Source: Longimicrobiales bacterium (GTDB taxonomy: Bacteria > Gemmatimonadota > Gemmatimonadetes > Longimicrobiales > Gaopeijiaceae). From it: 64,000 nucleotides of DNA. A model generated the notes under the pieces. It saw only the letters and a list, made by a program, of their open reading frames with translations. It was not told where the DNA came from and did not search any database. This document shows, piece by piece, positions 60,858-64,000 of the stretch. The stretch lies in contig CBDFMQ010000002.1 of assembly GCA_965249725.1 (NCBI GenBank), positions 2,720,001 to 2,784,000 on the forward strand, read 5' to 3'. The translations under genes were made by a program, and so were the position numbers. Each line of letters begins with the position of its first letter. Positions within the stretch are counted from its first letter, which is position 1.

Positions 60858-62054
60858 ATGATCACACACAGAGCACTCTTCTTCGTCGCGCTTTCCCTCC
60901 TCGCTCTGGCGCCTGACGCCGAAAGCCAGGACCGACCCCGGGCCCGCGATCTCGGCATGACGGTGGGCGTCCTCGCGCCGGGACCGCTGAACGCCATCAC
61001 CGACGTAGAGGGCGTCCTGGTGGGTCAGGTGACGGTGACCGAAGGGGATCGCGTCAACACGGGAGTCACTGCCATCCTGCCCCACGGTGGCAGTCTGTAC
61101 CACGATCGAGTGCCGGCGGCCATGTACGTGGGGAACGGGTTTGGCAAGCTCCTGGGAGTGACTCAGGTCCGGGAGTTGGGTGAGCTCGAGACGCCGGTTC
61201 TACTGACCTGCACGCTCTGTGTGTGGAAGGCCGCCGACGCGATGGTGGAATGGGCGCTCGAGCAGCCGGGCATGGAACGCGTGGGGTCGTTGAATGCGGT
61301 GGTGGGCGAGACCAATGACGGAGGGCTCAACGACATTCGGAACCGCCCCATCGCGCCGGCCCACGTCCGCGAGGCGATCGAGTCCGCCAGCAGCGGTCCG
61401 GTCGAGGAGGGTTCTGTCGGGGCCGGTCGAGGTACGCGCGCATTTGGATGGAAGGGCGGGATCGGAACGAGCAGTCGTCTCCTCCCGGAGAGCCTGGGCG
61501 GCTTCACCGTGGGAGTGCTGGTCCAGTCGAACTTCGGAGGCATCCTCACCATGGCCGGAGCCCCGATCGGGCAGGAGCTCGGGCGGTATTCCTTCCGAAA
61601 CGCCATCGAGGGTGATGCCGAGGACCAGGGAGCCGATGCCGGCGGTGAGAGCGAGTGGACCGACGAGGACGAAGGCCAAGGATCCATCATGATGGTCGTG
61701 GCGACCGATGCCCCCCTCTCTCCCCTCAAGCTGGAGCGACTCGCCAAGCGAGCCATCATGGGTCTGGCCCGCACCGGGTCGTTCGCGGGGAACGGATCAG
61801 GCGACTACGTCATCGCGTTTTCAACGGCCGAAGGAGTTCGTCGCCAACCCGGTGAGGACTGGACGGAGTCGGTCGAAGTGACCAACGATCGGATCTCGGC
61901 CCTGTTCGAGGGGGCTGCAGAAGCCACGCAAGAAGCGATCTACAACTCGCTCCTCAAGGCGACGACGGTGTCGGGGATGGGACGCACGGTCGACGCGATC
62001 GATGTGGACGAGGTAGTGCGGGTGCTGAGGGAGTACAACGTGATCCGTCCCTGA
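60858..62054 (+). CDS. DmpA-like P1/S58 aminopeptidase
   Basis: NAITDV.GV.VG, NGFGK..G, GETND, KGGIGTSSR, NGSGD. Confidence 0.9.
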   Translation: MITHRALFFVALSLLALAPDAESQDRPRARDLGMTVGVLAPGPLNAITDVEGVLVGQVTVTEGDRVNTGVTAILPHGGSLYHDRVPAAMYVGNGFGKLLGVTQVRELGELETPVLLTCTLCVWKAADAMVEWALEQPGMERVGSLNAVVGETNDGGLNDIRNRPIAPAHVREAIESASSGPVEEGSVGAGRGTRAFGWKGGIGTSSRLLPESLGGFTVGVLVQSNFGGILTMAGAPIGQELGRYSFRNAIEGDAEDQGADAGGESEWTDEDEGQGSIMMVVATDAPLSPLKLERLAKRAIMGLARTGSFAGNGSGDYVIAFSTAEGVRRQPGEDWTESVEVTNDRISALFEGAAEATQEAIYNSLLKATTVSGMGRTVDAIDVDEVVRVLREYNVIRP

Positions 62055-62067
62055 CGGCACGCCTATA

Positions 62068-62106
62068 TCGGTCCTACCTCGGTCCTACTCGGTCCTACTC
62101 GGTCCT
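62068..62106. repeat. About 4 tandem copies of TCGGTCCTAC between convergent genes
   Basis: tcggtcctac-c-tcggtcctac-tcggtcctac-tcggtcct. Confidence 0.85.
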
Positions 62107-62109
62107 GAC

Positions 62110-63714
62110 TCAGTCGCCCAGGAACACCGCCCGGGCGTCGTAGATCTCGTCTTCTTCGCGCAGAGCCGCGAGGATGCTCGATCCGACATTGCCGTCCACG
62201 GTGACAGCCGCCATGGCCTCACCGCCCTCGTCCTGACGGGCCTGCATGTACTCGGCAATGTTCAGTCCGTGGGTACCGAGGAGAGTGCCGACCTTCCCGA
62301 TGACGCCTGGAACGTCTTTGTTGCGGAGCACGACCAGGCACCCCTCGGGCTTCACACTCAACGCGAATCCGTCGATCTGGACGATACGCGGGTGGAGCTG
62401 ATCTCCGAGCAGGGCACCGCAGACCCTGACCTGGTCCCGCTCCGTCTCGAGCACGATCTCCAGATACTCCGAGTAGTCAGGACGCGCTTCAACGAGCTTG
62501 GTCCCGACCGCGATGTTCCTCGACTCGGCCAAGTGGAGCGCGTTGACGAAGTTGACGTTCCGCCGTCCCACGACGGGCGTTAGAAGCCCGGTCATCACTG
62601 CCGCTGACAGCGGATGAAGAATCTCATCCGTCTCGGCCGCCAGTTTGATGTCGACCCGGCGCATGCCTCCCCAACCAAGAATGGCCGCAAGCCGCCCGAT
62701 CTTCCGAGCGAGGTCGAGAAGTGGCCGGAGCACCTTGAGGTCCTCGCCCCCGATCGCGGGCGCGTTGAGCGCCCGGGACAGATCGCCCTCGAGGAGCGCC
62801 GCGCGGACCCCCTTGGCAATCTCGGACGCCACCAACTCCTGCGCCTCCGCCGTGGAGGCTCCTAGATGCGGTGTCAACACGAGGTTCGGGGCGCCCCGCA
62901 GAGGGCTACCCTCGGGAAGAGGCTCTACGTCGTAGACGTCGAGCGCTGCGCCGGCGATCTCCTCAGCCTCGAGGGCCTCCACGAGCGCGTCCTCATCCAC
63001 CACTCCACCTCGGGCTGCGTTGATCAGAATGGCCGTGGGCTTCATGGACTGCAGTTCCCTTAGGCCGATCATCCCCTCAGTGGCCGGTGTCAGGGGCACG
63101 TGGAGGGACACCACATCGGCCTGTGACAGCGCCTCGGCGAGCCCGACTCGCTCGACTTCGAGCTCCAGGGCCCGCTCCTCCGTGAGATAGGGATCGTGAG
63201 CGATGGTCCGCATGCCGAACGCCTGAGCCCGATTGGCGACCTCGGCGCCGATGCGACCCGCTCCCACGAGCGCGAGCGTCTTGCCTCGAAGCTCCATGCC
63301 CCCGAAGCGCGAGCGGGCCCACTCGCCACTCCGTACGGAGTGGTCGGCCGGGGCCACCTTGCGAGCCACCGCCAACATGAGCGCCATGACCAGCTCGGCC
63401 GCAGACACTGTGTTGCCCTCGGGCGCGTTGATGACGGGGATGCCCTGCTCGGTAGCCACCTCGAGATCGATGTTATCCACACCGACGCCGGCCCGGCCCA
63501 CGACCCGCAAGTTGGGCGACGCCTGCAAGAGCTCACGCGTAACCTTGGTGACACTCCGCACGATCAGGCCGTGCGCACGTGCCATGGCCTCGTGCAGTTG
63601 CTCGGTCTCCCACCCGTTCGCCAGCACGACTTCAAAACGGTCGTCCCCCGTCAGGGGCGCGAGCCCGGAAGCGGAGATCTTGTCGGCCGCGACCACCACC
63701 AGCTTGTCTCTCAT
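62110..63714 (-). CDS. serA: D-3-phosphoglycerate dehydrogenase
   Basis: RAGVGVDNID, GAGRIG, INAARG, TPHLGAST.EAQ, C-terminal ACT domain. Confidence 0.95.
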   Translation of the reverse strand: MRDKLVVVAADKISASGLAPLTGDDRFEVVLANGWETEQLHEAMARAHGLIVRSVTKVTRELLQASPNLRVVGRAGVGVDNIDLEVATEQGIPVINAPEGNTVSAAELVMALMLAVARKVAPADHSVRSGEWARSRFGGMELRGKTLALVGAGRIGAEVANRAQAFGMRTIAHDPYLTEERALELEVERVGLAEALSQADVVSLHVPLTPATEGMIGLRELQSMKPTAILINAARGGVVDEDALVEALEAEEIAGAALDVYDVEPLPEGSPLRGAPNLVLTPHLGASTAEAQELVASEIAKGVRAALLEGDLSRALNAPAIGGEDLKVLRPLLDLARKIGRLAAILGWGGMRRVDIKLAAETDEILHPLSAAVMTGLLTPVVGRRNVNFVNALHLAESRNIAVGTKLVEARPDYSEYLEIVLETERDQVRVCGALLGDQLHPRIVQIDGFALSVKPEGCLVVLRNKDVPGVIGKVGTLLGTHGLNIAEYMQARQDEGGEAMAAVTVDGNVGSSILAALREEDEIYDARAVFLGD

Positions 63715-64000
63715 GTGAGTACCTCTTCGAGCGCCCCTAACACGGCCTCGAGTTCCGCCAGCGTATGATCGCCCATGTGTCCGATCCTGAAAGTGGTGCT
63801 CTTGAGCTTCCCGTATCCACCACCGATGACGAAACCACGCTCCTTCATGGCGGAAACCACGAAGGGGCCCTCAACGCCGTCGGGGAGCGCTATGCACGTC
63901 ACCGTAGGCGAACGCTCGCCCTCGGCCGCGAGGACGGAAAGAGCGACGCCGTGCTCGTCTCGCATGGTGTTCACCCACTGTGCACACCGCTCGGCCATGG
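63711..64000 (-). CDS. Class V aminotransferase, C-terminal part (5' outside window)
   Basis: RSPTVT, IGGGYGKLK..TFRIGHMG; coupled to serA. Confidence 0.8.
   Translation of the reverse strand, partial: MAERCAQWVNTMRDEHGVALSVLAAEGERSPTVTCIALPDGVEGPFVVSAMKERGFVIGGGYGKLKSTTFRIGHMGDHTLAELEAVLGALEEVLT

Overview
High-GC diderm bacterial chromosome segment. Gemmatimonadota is inferred from gene content only and is unverified. Part 1 (1 to ~17.78 kb, visibly more GC-rich) is the right portion of an integrative conjugative-type element. It carries a minus-strand Calx-beta-like autotransporter adhesin that runs off the window and is absent from the ORF track, plus hicAB and an AbiEi/DUF6088-like remnant. 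It also carries a virB9(5'-truncated)-virB10-virB5-virB6-virB8 / VirD4 / VirB11 cluster, ArdC, a non-HUH (MOB_C/Replic_Relax-like) relaxase candidate, xis and a tyrosine integrase abutting a truncated flavin monooxygenase. Part 2 (~19.9-64 kb) is core genome: gyrB-dciA-recF, ssb, rpsU, beta-oxidation genes, pilT, LPS genes (GT9 x2, Kdo kinase, lpxL, msbA), a PorX-like regulator, a TAT-less reductive dehalogenase, chdC, cyoE and serA. The strongest candidate for an undescribed system is the ssb-rpsU interval (24.9-28.8 kb). Three hypothetical proteins there share two unannotated domains in shuffled order (A, A-B, B-A), next to a small RHH-like protein and two convergent putative sRNAs, each with its own sigma70-like promoter and intrinsic terminator. 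All calls are by-eye; no database searches were run.
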